From: a virus
UHGV virus genome: UHGV-0112973
DNA: 64,000 bases
Direction: 5' to 3' (one strand)
The notes beneath the pieces are model-generated. The model ran no database searches. It saw only the letters and a program-made list of their open reading frames with translations, and was not told the DNA's origin. This document shows, in pieces, positions 1 to 9,770 of this stretch (its first letter is position 1; every line of letters starts with the position of its first letter). A program made the translations under genes and the position numbers.

Positions 1-146
1 CTATGTTGCGGTCGTCATACCGCGACAGAGGATATTGCCGGGGGCTTTGGGTTGTAGTGATTGATGTAGCCATAGTCAGCCTGCCAGAAATAGATGATGG
101 TGATTCTACCGCTAGTCATTTGTTGATTATTTAACTCAATAAAAGA

Positions 147-163
147 AAATTATTAGTGCAATT
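147..163 (-). promoter_or_regulatory. C1 repressor operator-like site (AAAATTATTAGTGCAAT, 15/17 to consensus complement)
   Basis: Matches the 17-bp P1 C1 operator consensus ATTGCTCTAATAAATTT in reverse orientation; upstream of ORF 220-465. Confidence 0.45.
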
Positions 164-219
164 TTGATTGTGAAATGTATCATTCTGCCCTTAAGTAGGT
201 TCTTCACGAGGAAACAAAA

Positions 220-465
220 TTGGCAGAACGTGTTGATGATGCAGAGCTGAGCATGAATCAGTTAGAAGCTCTCAAAGACATGGCCATCGATAACATCAGA
301 AAGCAGGCACAGGTCGTGAGCCAGGTATTTACAGGGAAGTGTCGTTACTGCAATGAATCGATTGAATCAGGCATTTATTGTGACGCTGAATGTGCGCAAT
401 GGCACAGGGAAGAGCAGGCTGCAAAACAGCGTAAATATGGCATGCGACCGGCAGGATTTGACTGA
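220..465 (+). CDS. small C4 zinc-finger protein, TraR/DksA-like (tentative)
   Basis: 81-aa ORF with paired cysteines CRYC...CDAEC near C-terminus; TTG start; stop overlaps start of next gene. Confidence 0.35.
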   Translation: MAERVDDAELSMNQLEALKDMAIDNIRKQAQVVSQVFTGKCRYCNESIESGIYCDAECAQWHREEQAAKQRKYGMRPAGFD

Positions 466-467
466 TT

Positions 468-1046
468 ATGTTGCGCTTTACTGAGGAAGAGTTTCAGGCT
501 TTTAGTGAGCGTCGAAATAAGGGGCGGTCCAGGCCAAAAACCAAAAAGGATCCATTCTTATCGCTTGCGCCGGTAAAAGAAGTTTCTCCACATGCGAAGG
601 CACTTGCAGCACTGGCAAAGAACCCCGACCTGCGCGACGGAAATTGCGAGCACTTCGAGCAGGTTTTCATTTTTGATTACTTCGAACGCAAGCACCCTGA
701 CATCTATGAGCTGTTGCATGCAACGCCTAACGGAGGGAAACGTTCAAAAGCAACCGCCGGGAAAATGAAGGCTGAAGGGCAGAAAAAAGGTTATCCGGAC
801 ATGAGTCTCGATAAAGCATGCGGTATTTATCACGGCATGCGAATTGAGCTTAAAGAACCAAATGGTAAAGCCCCGACGAAAGAGCAGATCGCCTGGATGC
901 GCAGGCTTAGAGAGGAAGGTTACTACGTCGTTCTTGCGTATGGTGCAGAACAAGCGATAACCGCCATCCTGGAATACATGAACCTTAAAAAGGGTGAGGC
1001 TATTGAGCATGTATTGAACGGTGATAAGTGGGTGTACGCTACGTGA
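468..1046 (+). CDS. VRR-NUC domain nuclease
   Basis: 192 aa; motif block ATPNGGKRSK...GQKKGYPD typical of VRR-NUC (PD-(D/E)xK-type) nucleases. Confidence 0.55.
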   Translation: MLRFTEEEFQAFSERRNKGRSRPKTKKDPFLSLAPVKEVSPHAKALAALAKNPDLRDGNCEHFEQVFIFDYFERKHPDIYELLHATPNGGKRSKATAGKMKAEGQKKGYPDMSLDKACGIYHGMRIELKEPNGKAPTKEQIAWMRRLREEGYYVVLAYGAEQAITAILEYMNLKKGEAIEHVLNGDKWVYAT

Positions 1047-1052
1047 AATAAT

Positions 1053-1068
1053 AAATTAATTAGTGCAT
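1053..1068 (-). promoter_or_regulatory. weak C1 operator-like site (AAATTAATTAGTGCAT)
   Basis: About 13/17 match to operator consensus complement, one gap. Confidence 0.3.
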
Positions 1069-1112
1069 GTGTGCTCTTTGATATAGCGCACATTAACATC
1101 GGGAGAATAATC

Positions 1113-1268
1113 GTGTCATCCAAGGCTAATTATGAATCGCTGGCATCGATCATGCCGCGTAATGAACAGGAAACAGATGCTGTAGTGGACCCTGTAATCG
1201 CTGAAATGAATGCTCGCCTGGAGGCTGAATTTGCAGCTGAGAATGAACATACCACGCAGGGCGACTAG
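1113..1268 (+). CDS. small hypothetical protein
   Basis: GTG start after GGGAGA RBS-like sequence; 51 codons; overlaps start of next gene. Confidence 0.2.
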   Translation: MSSKANYESLASIMPRNEQETDAVVDPVIAEMNARLEAEFAAENEHTTQGD

Positions 1269-1872
1269 GACTGTTTTTTGTGTCGGTAGCGGTCCGTCAC
1301 TCACTCGTGAGGACTGTGCTGCTATAGAAAAAACTGGCTGTTCAATCATCGCGGTTAACAATTCCTGGCAGATGTTCGATGACATTTATGCCTTATACGC
1401 CGGTGATTTGTCATGGTGGAAGCAATACGGATCCACCATACCGGGAGGGAGATTCCGCAAAGTGACAGCCAACCTGGCGGCGGCGAAATCATTTTCGTTG
1501 GAGTACAGGCGATATTGTGGACCGGCGGAAGGGGTAAATAGCGGCGCGCAGGCTATCAGTCTGGCTGCTGAATCAGGGGCTGAAGTAGTGGTATTAGTCG
1601 GCTATGACTGTTCTCTGCAAAACGGCCTTCATTGGCATGGCGCGCACCCTCAAGCCCTACGGAATCCAACGCAGGTTTCTATTTCAAAATGGCAACAGCA
1701 GTTCCTGGATACCCGCAAAAAACACGCAGATTTACATATTTTGAATGCAAGTAGGAGCAGTGCAATTCAATGTTTCCCAAGAATAAATTTAGAGGCAGTG
1801 ATCGCGTTATTATCGTCGGCAGTGGCCCAAGCGCCGCAAACTTTGTTGCGCCGCGCGGAGTGCCGATTATAG
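1243..1872 (+). CDS. GSGPS-motif Rossmann-like protein, paralog 1
   Basis: N-terminal VFCVGSGPS...IIAVNN motif shared with the next ORF (VIIVGSGPS...IIAVNG); start at internal ATG chosen. Confidence 0.4.
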   Translation: MNIPRRATRTVFCVGSGPSLTREDCAAIEKTGCSIIAVNNSWQMFDDIYALYAGDLSWWKQYGSTIPGGRFRKVTANLAAAKSFSLEYRRYCGPAEGVNSGAQAISLAAESGAEVVVLVGYDCSLQNGLHWHGAHPQALRNPTQVSISKWQQQFLDTRKKHADLHILNASRSSAIQCFPRINLEAVIALLSSAVAQAPQTLLRRAECRL

Positions 1873-2396
1873 CGGTCAATGGGGCCATCGACTGGCTGAA
1901 CCGCGCTTCTTATTTTTTCACACTTGATCCATCGCCAGACAATATGCGGCGCGTTGGTCGTGGCCGCCGTCGCCGTGGTGTTTGTTATTGCATGGCACTA
2001 CCCGATGTTAAAGAACGTGAAGTCAGAGACGGCGTTCTGTGCTTCCGTCGTGTGGCTGAACGTGGCATGGAGCCAAAAAATACGAATTCTCCCGAGTGGT
2101 GGGCGTGGCGCTGGTCCGCACATTTCGGACTTTGCGAAGATGAGAATGAAATTGCCAGCGGCAATAGTGCATATGGCGCTCTGAACCTGGCTTTCCATAT
2201 CGGATTCAAACATGTCGCCCTGGTGGGCGTTGACGCTACACAAGAACCACGCGTTCACTCCGGCGGCACGCCAAAAAATCTAAGTCACCTGCCTTTGTTA
2301 TTCCAGTCTGCGCGTGAACGGATTGACGTTGTTTCATGCGGGAAAATGGGAGGTATTCCGCAGATGACTCTTAAAGAATGGCTGAAGAATACATGA
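1770..2396 (+). CDS. GSGPS-motif Rossmann-like protein, paralog 2
   Basis: 208 aa; paralogous to previous ORF; ATGA overlap with the downstream phosphatase gene. Confidence 0.45.
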   Translation: MFPKNKFRGSDRVIIVGSGPSAANFVAPRGVPIIAVNGAIDWLNRASYFFTLDPSPDNMRRVGRGRRRRGVCYCMALPDVKEREVRDGVLCFRRVAERGMEPKNTNSPEWWAWRWSAHFGLCEDENEIASGNSAYGALNLAFHIGFKHVALVGVDATQEPRVHSGGTPKNLSHLPLLFQSARERIDVVSCGKMGGIPQMTLKEWLKNT

Positions 2397-3070
2397 TGGC
2401 ACCCACAATTTATCACCGTATCGACGGTACCAAATACAGGAATGTCTGGGTTGTTGGTGATCTGCATGGTTGCTACACCAGACTGATGTCCGAACTCCAT
2501 CGTGTGGATTTTGACCCGGCGCAGGATTTACTGATATCGGTCGGCGACCTTATCGATCGCGGTACTGAAAATGTCGAATGTCTGGAACTATTGCAGATGC
2601 CCTGGTTCAGGGCAGTGATGGGGAACCATGAGCGGCTGATGATTGATGCGTTAAGTCCAGATGGCAACGTGAATAACTGGCTAATGAATGGCGGACAATG
2701 GTTCTTCATGCTGGACACTGATCAGGAAATATTAGCCTGGGCGCTGGTGGAGCTGGTAAAGCGTCTGCCCTATATCATTGAGTTGAACACGGGGCAAGAA
2801 ACTATCGTTATAGCCCATGCCGACTATCCGGATAATGAATACCAATTCGGTAAGGAGGTGCCGCTTTTCAACGTTGTCTGGGCGCGCGAGCGTATCAGTG
2901 ATTCGATGGATGATATTGGTGGCGAAATTTTGGGCGCAGATCGTTTTATCTTTGGTCACACTCCGGTGAAAAGCCCGAAGACATTCTGGAATCAGCAGTA
3001 TATCGACACTGGTGCCGTATTTTGCGGAAACCTGACATTGATGAAAGTGAAAGGTGATGGTGCAGCATGA
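2393..3070 (+). CDS. Ser/Thr protein phosphatase (calcineurin-like metallophosphoesterase)
   Basis: Motifs GDLHG, GDLIDRG and GNHE in the canonical order and spacing of lambda-PPase-type phosphatases. Confidence 0.7.
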   Translation: MMAPTIYHRIDGTKYRNVWVVGDLHGCYTRLMSELHRVDFDPAQDLLISVGDLIDRGTENVECLELLQMPWFRAVMGNHERLMIDALSPDGNVNNWLMNGGQWFFMLDTDQEILAWALVELVKRLPYIIELNTGQETIVIAHADYPDNEYQFGKEVPLFNVVWARERISDSMDDIGGEILGADRFIFGHTPVKSPKTFWNQQYIDTGAVFCGNLTLMKVKGDGAA

Positions 3071-3768
3071 AGATTGCTTTAGTTTTTCGCTCTGGTGGTG
3101 ACTATAACGCTTCCGATGTGCAGTGGCTGGTTAATCAACTGCCAAAAGGCTATGAAATTATTTGCCTGACAGACCTGAAGCGTTTACATGTACCTGGCGT
3201 CAAAGTTGTCCCATTGATCAACCAGTGGCAAAAGTGCCGTGGCTGGTGGGCGAAAATCGAGTTGTTCCGACCGGATATAACCGATGATCTGTTCTATCTG
3301 GATTTGGACACGGTTATTGCCGGTGATATACGCCCAATCCTAGAGCATCCACCAACCAGCTTCACCATGCTTAGGGATTTTTACCATCCACAATATCGTG
3401 GCAGCGGTGCCCTGTGGATACCAAATAGTGTTAAAGCGCATATCTGGAGTTCATTCTGGCAAGATCCGGAAGGTTGGATTTCTCGTTGTGTCACTACTGA
3501 GTGCTGGGGTGACCAGGGGTTCTTACGAAAGGTTATGGGCGATGATACACCAGCATTTCAGGATCTGTATCCAGGATGGTTTGTAAGTTACAAGGCCGAT
3601 GTTGTGGAACCTGGTTCAAAATATGCGAGCGCGCGTTACTCCAGGGGGAATGGGGCATTACCAAAAGACTGCCGAATAATCTTTTTCCACGGCAAACCGC
3701 GACCTCGCGAAGTGTCAGAGGATTGGCTTCCCCTTATCAGCTCATTTTTTGAGCGAGAATCAGAATAA
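3067..3768 (+). CDS. hypothetical protein with DxD-like motif (possible nucleotide-sugar transferase)
   Basis: 233 aa; YLDLDTVI segment; ATGA overlap with upstream phosphatase gene; no firm family assignment. Confidence 0.3.
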   Translation: MKIALVFRSGGDYNASDVQWLVNQLPKGYEIICLTDLKRLHVPGVKVVPLINQWQKCRGWWAKIELFRPDITDDLFYLDLDTVIAGDIRPILEHPPTSFTMLRDFYHPQYRGSGALWIPNSVKAHIWSSFWQDPEGWISRCVTTECWGDQGFLRKVMGDDTPAFQDLYPGWFVSYKADVVEPGSKYASARYSRGNGALPKDCRIIFFHGKPRPREVSEDWLPLISSFFERESE

Positions 3769-3769
3769 T

Positions 3770-3786
3770 ATTGCTCTAATAATTCC
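3770..3786 (+). promoter_or_regulatory. C1 operator-like site (ATTGCTCTAATAATTCC)
   Basis: Core ATTGCTCTAAT exact; forms an inverted pair with site at 3819-3835. Confidence 0.55.
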
Positions 3787-3818
3787 ATATTTTTAAAGCG
3801 TGATGTACACTCATCGCG

Positions 3819-3835
3819 TTTTTTATTAGAGCAAT
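3819..3835 (-). promoter_or_regulatory. C1 operator-like site (TTTTTTATTAGAGCAAT)
   Basis: Reverse-orientation operator 32 bp from the previous one; just upstream of ORF starting at 3850. Confidence 0.55.
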
Positions 3836-3849
3836 CTACAAGGTGCACT

Positions 3850-4068
3850 ATGTGGCCATTCCGACGGAAATATCACTACTGGCTGATCGCCTTTGTTACG
3901 CCGACCGGCGGTATCAGGCATGTCATCACCAGGTATCGCAACAAGAGACTCACCTTAGCCAGAATTTTACAGGCTGCCATAGGTGAGGGACTGGATACAA
4001 ATTGCGTAGTCCTTCCTCCTTCATACTTAGGAAAAATGACCGAAGCACAAGCTAATACGGAACTTTGA
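3850..4068 (+). CDS. small hypothetical protein
   Basis: 72 aa; ATG preceded by AAGGTG; first gene after the operator pair. Confidence 0.3.
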   Translation: MWPFRRKYHYWLIAFVTPTGGIRHVITRYRNKRLTLARILQAAIGEGLDTNCVVLPPSYLGKMTEAQANTEL

Positions 4069-4069
4069 A

Positions 4070-5332
4070 ATGAGCACTTCAGCACAAAACCAATCAATCG
4101 AAAATGTATGTATCCCTGATGTCCTGAATGCCGGTATCCCGGCCATTATCCAGAACATCCGGGCCGCGCAACGCCGCGTTAGTTGTGATGACCTCACAGC
4201 ACGTTTTTTTGATAATGCGGTTCAGTCAGCGGAGATGCTTCACGCACAGCTTATTGATGTTTATAACGCAGAAGCTGATAGCCATAACTCCCTGGTAGAT
4301 GCAGCTGAAAATATGCAGTTGGATCTCGGTCTGAAGGGTAAAGAAATTGAAGAGCTTCAGCTGGAAATTGAACATTTGAAACGCCAGCAACAGGACGCGA
4401 TCGACGATGCGACGCATGACGCCAACCAGCGTGCTGATAATGCCGAACGTATAAGCATTGAGCTGGAAACAAAACTCAATGAAATGACCGCGATGGTTGA
4501 ACTGCGGAACTCACAGATTTCAACGCTAAAATCTCAATATAAAGAGATCATGAAACTTGATCCTTTTAACCTTGAGAAACGCTATAACAAAGCTAAAAGC
4601 GAGCGACAGGAACTGCGTAAGCAAGTCGCCGACCTTAACCAACAGCTCAAAAAAACTATTAAAGATGCAAGCGAGGCGCGCGTGGCATTTGCTAATAAAA
4701 AAGCAGAGGTTACCGCGCTGGTTAATGAGAATGCCAAATTTGCGACGCTCAAGAAGGAAATGTATGGCATTACTGAGCGCCGTTTCCCTGCAAGCAAACT
4801 TCATCCGACGTTAGGGCAAATCTCCTTCTTCCCGCGCCTCCTGGCTTATGGGATCTCATCGCCTAAAGAGTTCAATAACGAGCGTCCTTATATCGTTTCT
4901 AAGCTGGACTTTGCTTATCAGTTCTGCTGCGACATGGGCTATGCCATTGATATCCGGATCAACGAATGGTTGATGCCAAACTTCCAGCCGTTGGCCATTT
5001 TCCGCGAGTTCCAGCCGGAAGGTTGGGTAGAGTTCTTCCATGAATTGATCTGTAAAGAGATGGAAAGCCGCCGCCCGGAACTGGTCCGTCGTGTCGAGTG
5101 GGCGCAAGAGGTTATGTTGGCAGATGCAGAGCTACCGTTCGAACCGGAATTTATTGATGAACTGGCAACTAAAGGGTTGCATACCCTGTTTGATGTGGTT
5201 ACCCGCCGTCATGAGCAGTTGGTTGTCGAATTGGGTTTAGAGGAAACAGCGGCAAGAAGACTTCTCGATGTTTGCTATGCACGTAGCGATGCATGGGAAA
5301 AAGAGAACGGCGGCACTATTTACGTCCGCTGA
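4070..5332 (+). CDS. hypothetical coiled-coil protein
   Basis: 420 aa; long heptad-like central region (LQLEIEHLKRQQQD...); followed by a hairpin terminator. Confidence 0.45.
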   Translation: MSTSAQNQSIENVCIPDVLNAGIPAIIQNIRAAQRRVSCDDLTARFFDNAVQSAEMLHAQLIDVYNAEADSHNSLVDAAENMQLDLGLKGKEIEELQLEIEHLKRQQQDAIDDATHDANQRADNAERISIELETKLNEMTAMVELRNSQISTLKSQYKEIMKLDPFNLEKRYNKAKSERQELRKQVADLNQQLKKTIKDASEARVAFANKKAEVTALVNENAKFATLKKEMYGITERRFPASKLHPTLGQISFFPRLLAYGISSPKEFNNERPYIVSKLDFAYQFCCDMGYAIDIRINEWLMPNFQPLAIFREFQPEGWVEFFHELICKEMESRRPELVRRVEWAQEVMLADAELPFEPEFIDELATKGLHTLFDVVTRRHEQLVVELGLEETAARRLLDVCYARSDAWEKENGGTIYVR

Positions 5333-5365
5333 TAGTTACAGTGTCACTTTTAATGCTGGTGGAGT

Positions 5366-5397
5366 GCGCCTACCAGCATTTTTTTTCGTCCAATGAG
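5366..5397 (+). terminator. rho-independent terminator (hairpin GCTGGTGG...CTACCAGC + T-run)
   Basis: GC-rich stem followed by TTTTTTTT immediately after the 4070-5332 ORF. Confidence 0.55.
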
Positions 5398-5405
5398 GAG
5401 GGCAT

Positions 5406-5912
5406 TTGAGTATTTTCAATAAACACGCACACCAGGAACGTCCGTATATCGTCATAGTCGATATTGATGGAACAATATCAGAGGCAACTGAAGACAGACT
5501 GCATTTGCTTCCGCCACTAGGTAAAGGTGCATTAACAAAGGACTGGAACGAGTTTAATCTCGCCTGTGACACCGATACTCCCATCACTCCAGTTATTGAT
5601 ATGGTGCGCCAGTTATTTAACGTTTACACGGTCTGGTTTGTAACCGGGCGCTGTGAGATCGCAAGGGATAAAACACGAGTCTGGCTGCGGAAGTACGTAA
5701 CAAACGGGGCTGAGCCTTTGCTATCTATGCGTCCTGCCACCGATGACAGAAATGACGGCCCAGCAAAGATTGATCTCCTTAAGAAAATTGGTCTAAGTAA
5801 AATCGCGTTCGCGCTGGAAGATAAGATTGAAGTGGCGCGTGTTTTCAGGAGGCACGGCGTGCTTACGTTAATGGTCAGGGAGTATGAAAATGCGCTTCTT
5901 CATCAACAATAA
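5406..5912 (+). CDS. HAD-superfamily phosphatase-like protein
   Basis: 168 aa; N-terminal VIVDIDGT (HAD motif I DxDGT); TTG start after GAGGAG. Confidence 0.45.
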   Translation: MSIFNKHAHQERPYIVIVDIDGTISEATEDRLHLLPPLGKGALTKDWNEFNLACDTDTPITPVIDMVRQLFNVYTVWFVTGRCEIARDKTRVWLRKYVTNGAEPLLSMRPATDDRNDGPAKIDLLKKIGLSKIAFALEDKIEVARVFRRHGVLTLMVREYENALLHQQ

Positions 5913-5928
5913 TTGCTCTAATAAATCT
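5912..5928 (+). promoter_or_regulatory. C1 operator-like site (ATTGCTCTAATAAATCT, 16/17)
   Basis: Near-consensus operator upstream of ORF 6107. Confidence 0.6.
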
Positions 5929-6106
5929 TGATTTTTAAAACAGGGAAAGTGAAAATAAAAACATGCCGCAAGGCGCGGCATGTATCCAATCAATCACAGG
6001 AGCTGAAAATATGAACACGGCATTCAAAATCATTATGGCCGCGATCTATTTCTGGCTGTTCTCTATCACTTTTGGCGGCATCGTCGCGCATGGGTAAGGG
6101 GGATGC

Positions 6107-6685
6107 ATGAAAGGCGAAGTGAAAGAGCGCGGCATGATTTTCAACGATGAGATGGTCCGGGCAATTCTTGGCGGGAATAAAACACAGACTCGCAGGATTG
6201 TTGAAGAAAAATTCTATGGACGGGCAGTGGCCGCAGAGTTGCTTGCTAAGCATTGTCCATATGGTCAACCGGGCGATCGTATTTGGGTTCGCGAAACCTA
6301 CCGGGTACATGGCAAAGCGACGGACGTCGCAACGCTGGTTTATCGCGCAAGCGTGCGTAACTCCTGGACAGAACAAACGCACCGGGTTCCGGTCGAGGTT
6401 TGTAATAAACCAGTATCAGAAAAGTGGACGCCATCAATTCACATGCCGCGCTGGGCATCGCGCATTCTTCTGGAAATTACCGACGTGCGTGTGGAACGGC
6501 TGCGTGATATGAGCGAGGCAGATGCTAAAGCAGAAGGCGCATCTCCGGCGATGTACAAAATTACGCCGCCGGAAGCTGTTTATCGCGTTGGTTTTGGTGA
6601 TATCTGGCGCAGTATTTACGGGCAGGATAACTGGCTATCTAACCCGTGGGTATGGGTAATCGAGTTTAAGCGCATTCAGGAATAA
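6107..6685 (+). CDS. ASCH-like (PUA-fold) domain protein
   Basis: 192 aa; N-terminal EMVRAILGGNKTQTRR block typical of prophage ASCH-domain proteins. Confidence 0.45.
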   Translation: MKGEVKERGMIFNDEMVRAILGGNKTQTRRIVEEKFYGRAVAAELLAKHCPYGQPGDRIWVRETYRVHGKATDVATLVYRASVRNSWTEQTHRVPVEVCNKPVSEKWTPSIHMPRWASRILLEITDVRVERLRDMSEADAKAEGASPAMYKITPPEAVYRVGFGDIWRSIYGQDNWLSNPWVWVIEFKRIQE

Positions 6686-6768
6686 ACCGTGAGTATGCAT
6701 CAAATCGTCAGTTTTTCAGGTGGACGAGCATCGGCCTGTCTCGTTCATCTGTTCGAAGAGGTAGTGGC

Positions 6769-6972
6769 ATGACAATCGTAAAAACCCATACCGGCACCGT
6801 GATCACCAAAGACGGTCCGCAGGTAAAAAAACTGCACCAAACAGAGCGGATGTGGGTCGTCGGCAAAAATGAGTTTTACCACAAAGATACCGGACGCCGC
6901 CATTTTGCAGAAAATACGCGCCGCCGACTGCTGTTAGACACCATCAAGCCTATCGAGGTGAAGCATGTTTAA
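6769..6972 (+). CDS. hypothetical protein
   Basis: 67-aa ORF, ATG start, tightly packed with the next gene. Confidence 0.3.
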   Translation: MTIVKTHTGTVITKDGPQVKKLHQTERMWVVGKNEFYHKDTGRRHFAENTRRRLLLDTIKPIEVKHV

Positions 6973-7204
6973 ACAGAACGAAAAAGCTATCGCTCAAATT
7001 GCTGATTATATCCCGCGTGCGTGCCGGGGTATGCAGTTGCAGGAAGCCAAAGCGCGCCTGGAGAAAAAAATTGCGCTCTATATTGATGACGGCTGTGATG
7101 CCGCCGTTCTTAACGCGGCGTTCGCACCAGCTCTTAACTGTCACACTCGGGAGTCTTTTTTTTCATGCATCGAAGCGCAACTCCGCAAAGGAGGCAACCA
7201 GTGA
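6965..7204 (+). CDS. hypothetical protein
   Basis: 79-aa ORF; start overlaps stop of previous ORF. Confidence 0.3.
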   Translation: MFKQNEKAIAQIADYIPRACRGMQLQEAKARLEKKIALYIDDGCDAAVLNAAFAPALNCHTRESFFSCIEAQLRKGGNQ

Positions 7205-7926
7205 GCCAGATTGATTATCAAAAGCTTCGTGAAATCGCTGAAAAAACAAAAATTGCCGGTGAAGCACCTGTAATGCCTTTCGATCAGCGAATTAATGCGC
7301 TTAACGATTTTATGAAGCACTTTTCGCCAGATATCGCGCTGGCATTGTTGGATGAACGGGAAAGAAACCAGCAATACATCAAACGCCGCGACCAGGAGAA
7401 CGAGGATATTGCGCTTACGGTTGGGAGGCTGCGCGTTGAGCTGGAAGGCAAAGACAGCAAAATAGCCAATCTTACCGCCGAACGCGATGCTCTTCGCGAA
7501 GGTGAGATAGGCGACGCCAGGCATAGCAACACACGGGCCGCAGCTGATATCTACTTCCAACTGGTCGAGGAGTGCGAAATTCCTGCTGGCGGATCTCTGG
7601 TCGAGTACGTTGACGATATGCGCGAGAAGCTGGAAGCCGCAGAGAAGCGCATTGCAGAACTGGAAGCACGGGAAATAAAACCAGCCAAAGGCGAAGTTCT
7701 TGTCGTTGTCTCTGGTTTTACTGGTTGCGGGAAAAGCGCCATTGCCGGGGAAATAGAAATTGCGATGAAAGCTATTGGTGTGCCGGTTCAATGGACTAAT
7801 GGCGATGCAGAAAAGCATATGACCGGCGCTGACTGGCTGACAGCGATTGAGATGTACAAACCAACTGTGCGCATCGTGGAAGTTAATGTGCCACGCGCCG
7901 CTGGCATTCGCATCAAAGGAGAGTGA
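7201..7926 (+). CDS. coiled-coil protein with C-terminal P-loop-like motif
   Basis: GTG start 9 nt after GGAGG; coiled-coil centre; SGFTGCGKSA resembles Walker A (GxxxxGKS). Confidence 0.35.
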   Translation: MSQIDYQKLREIAEKTKIAGEAPVMPFDQRINALNDFMKHFSPDIALALLDERERNQQYIKRRDQENEDIALTVGRLRVELEGKDSKIANLTAERDALREGEIGDARHSNTRAAADIYFQLVEECEIPAGGSLVEYVDDMREKLEAAEKRIAELEAREIKPAKGEVLVVVSGFTGCGKSAIAGEIEIAMKAIGVPVQWTNGDAEKHMTGADWLTAIEMYKPTVRIVEVNVPRAAGIRIKGE

Positions 7927-7927
7927 T

Positions 7928-8137
7928 ATGGCTATTGCCGCAAGTTACACCATGCATCTCTATTGTGACTGCCGCCAGTGTACGGAAGGTGTATATCCAG
8001 TGCCAGACTTCGGTGAGTATATCGGTACGTCATGGTCTGGTTGTGCAAAAGAGGCGCGCAAGGATGGCTGGCGAATAAGCAAAGACAAAACGCGTGCTTT
8101 TGCGCCCGGGCATAAAGTTTTGAGGATTAACAAATGA
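7928..8137 (+). CDS. small Cys-containing hypothetical protein
   Basis: ATG after AAGGAGAG RBS; about 69 aa; stop overlaps next gene start. Confidence 0.3.
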   Translation: MAIAASYTMHLYCDCRQCTEGVYPVPDFGEYIGTSWSGCAKEARKDGWRISKDKTRAFAPGHKVLRINK

Positions 8138-8976
8138 CCACTATTACCAAAGAGCGACTGCTGACAATCAAGCAGTGGCGCGAAACATACGGACCTGGTA
8201 GCAACGTTGTACTGCCAGCAGAAGAAGCGGAAGAACTGGCACGGATTGCTCTGGCAGCGCTGGAAGCTGAACCTGTTCTGTATCAGTCCTGCACTCGCCC
8301 CACTTGGAATAGCGGTGTTCCGTGGACGGAATGGAAAGAACGTAGTCGTGAGGGCTACGAAAACGATTTGCGCTTTACAGACACGCCTGACCATGCCGGT
8401 TGGATAAACAAATGCCGAAAACTATATACCACTCCGCCAGTTCCTGTAATACAGGCTGATGTCGCGCAGGCAATTGAAAAACTCAAACGGAAATTAGTGG
8501 AATGCAATCGCTATAACTACTGCGCAGATGCAGTTAAGGGCGTTGAGTATGCCTGCCACGCTGCCATGCTTCAGGGTAGCCAACCTGTAAGCCAAACTTA
8601 CAAGTTTCCAGTTAATACACCTTGCCAGGATGCGCCAGCCCATATCTGGCTGCAAACAGCTGGAGTATGGCCAGAAGATGGCGAGTTAAGCGAATTAACG
8701 TGGTGCAGCCACAATCAGCACCATGATGACACGCTATATGTTCGAGCTGACCTTGTGAATGGCAACTATCCGGTAACTCCGGATGGTTGGATAAGCTGTA
8801 GTGAGCGAATGCCCGCTCAAGATGATTGGATTTTAATTTATTCAAAGCACGGTGAGTATATGGCAGGACAGGTGCAAGGGGAATACGTGGAGTTGAGCGA
8901 CGGCACTTTATCGTGGTTAGGGAACGCCTTGTTCTGGATGCTGCTACCAGAACCTCCCCAGGAGGCAGGTCAATGA
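8134..8976 (+). CDS. DUF551 domain protein
   Basis: 280 aa; C-terminal ...WISCSERMP...FWMLLPEPP matches the DUF551 hallmark (W..LPEPP). Confidence 0.5.
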   Translation: MTTITKERLLTIKQWRETYGPGSNVVLPAEEAEELARIALAALEAEPVLYQSCTRPTWNSGVPWTEWKERSREGYENDLRFTDTPDHAGWINKCRKLYTTPPVPVIQADVAQAIEKLKRKLVECNRYNYCADAVKGVEYACHAAMLQGSQPVSQTYKFPVNTPCQDAPAHIWLQTAGVWPEDGELSELTWCSHNQHHDDTLYVRADLVNGNYPVTPDGWISCSERMPAQDDWILIYSKHGEYMAGQVQGEYVELSDGTLSWLGNALFWMLLPEPPQEAGQ

Positions 8977-9058
8977 GCTGGCCTGAAGCATTCGCAACGG
9001 TAGGAATTGTGATGGCGGCAGCACTGGGTTTGTATTCAATTTGTCGCTGGTGGTAACG

Positions 9059-9292
9059 ATGGGGAAATTAACTTTTGTAGTCGAATTTGAGGATGGTAAA
9101 GAGCCACCTGTTAGCGCCAATCTTGATGTTGCTGGTGGCAGGCTTGTTTCGGTTCTATTTGGTGACTACCGAGATGACTTCTTCCAACCAGAAGAAGTTG
9201 ATGTAGTGCGAGAGGCATTAAACGAGTTAAGTGTTGACAACGATGATGCTCATGCGGAAATCATCGAAAAAATGGAACTGCTAACTCACTAA
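9059..9292 (+). CDS. hypothetical acidic protein
   Basis: 77 aa from internal ATG of track ORF 9041-9292. Confidence 0.3.
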   Translation: MGKLTFVVEFEDGKEPPVSANLDVAGGRLVSVLFGDYRDDFFQPEEVDVVREALNELSVDNDDAHAEIIEKMELLTH

Positions 9293-9340
9293 ATTAGAAA
9301 TTATGGTGCTATCACCTACGGCAACGAGAGAAATTTTATA

Positions 9341-9463
9341 ATGTCAAAAGTAAATGTTTTGATTTTTTCAGTAATTGTAGGTTTTGGTTTTTCTGCTGGA
9401 GTGCATATTTATATTACGTGGGGAAAAATCATCAACTACGTATGGAGTTGTTTTATTAAGTGA
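9341..9463 (+). CDS. small hydrophobic peptide (40 aa)
   Basis: MSKVNVLIFSVIVGFGFSAGVHIYITW..., one predicted TM helix; AT-rich context; below the ORF-track size cutoff. Confidence 0.25.
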   Translation: MSKVNVLIFSVIVGFGFSAGVHIYITWGKIINYVWSCFIK

Positions 9464-9470
9464 GGTAAGT

Positions 9471-9764
9471 ATGTGGAGAGGTAATAGTCATGGCAAAAGC
9501 CAGATGATACTTACCGAATATCAGTTTGACCATAAAACCAATAAATCACGTTCAGTATATTTGCTTCGGCACAATAGCCGCGTAAGGAATACCGTGCTGG
9601 AGCAAAATCTGACTGTTGAAATGGATAATTACGGGGGCTTCAAGCCAACAATTTCGCTTGATGATTTTCCTCGTGGTTTAAGCGAAAGAGAAGCAATGCT
9701 GAAATTAGCAGAATGGCTACAAAGATTAAGCATTGCTATTGAAGATAACTGGTCTGAACCTTAA
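9471..9764 (+). CDS. hypothetical protein
   Basis: 97 aa from internal ATG of track ORF 9384-9764; AT-rich island. Confidence 0.3.
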   Translation: MWRGNSHGKSQMILTEYQFDHKTNKSRSVYLLRHNSRVRNTVLEQNLTVEMDNYGGFKPTISLDDFPRGLSEREAMLKLAEWLQRLSIAIEDNWSEP

Positions 9765-9770
9765 ATTTAT

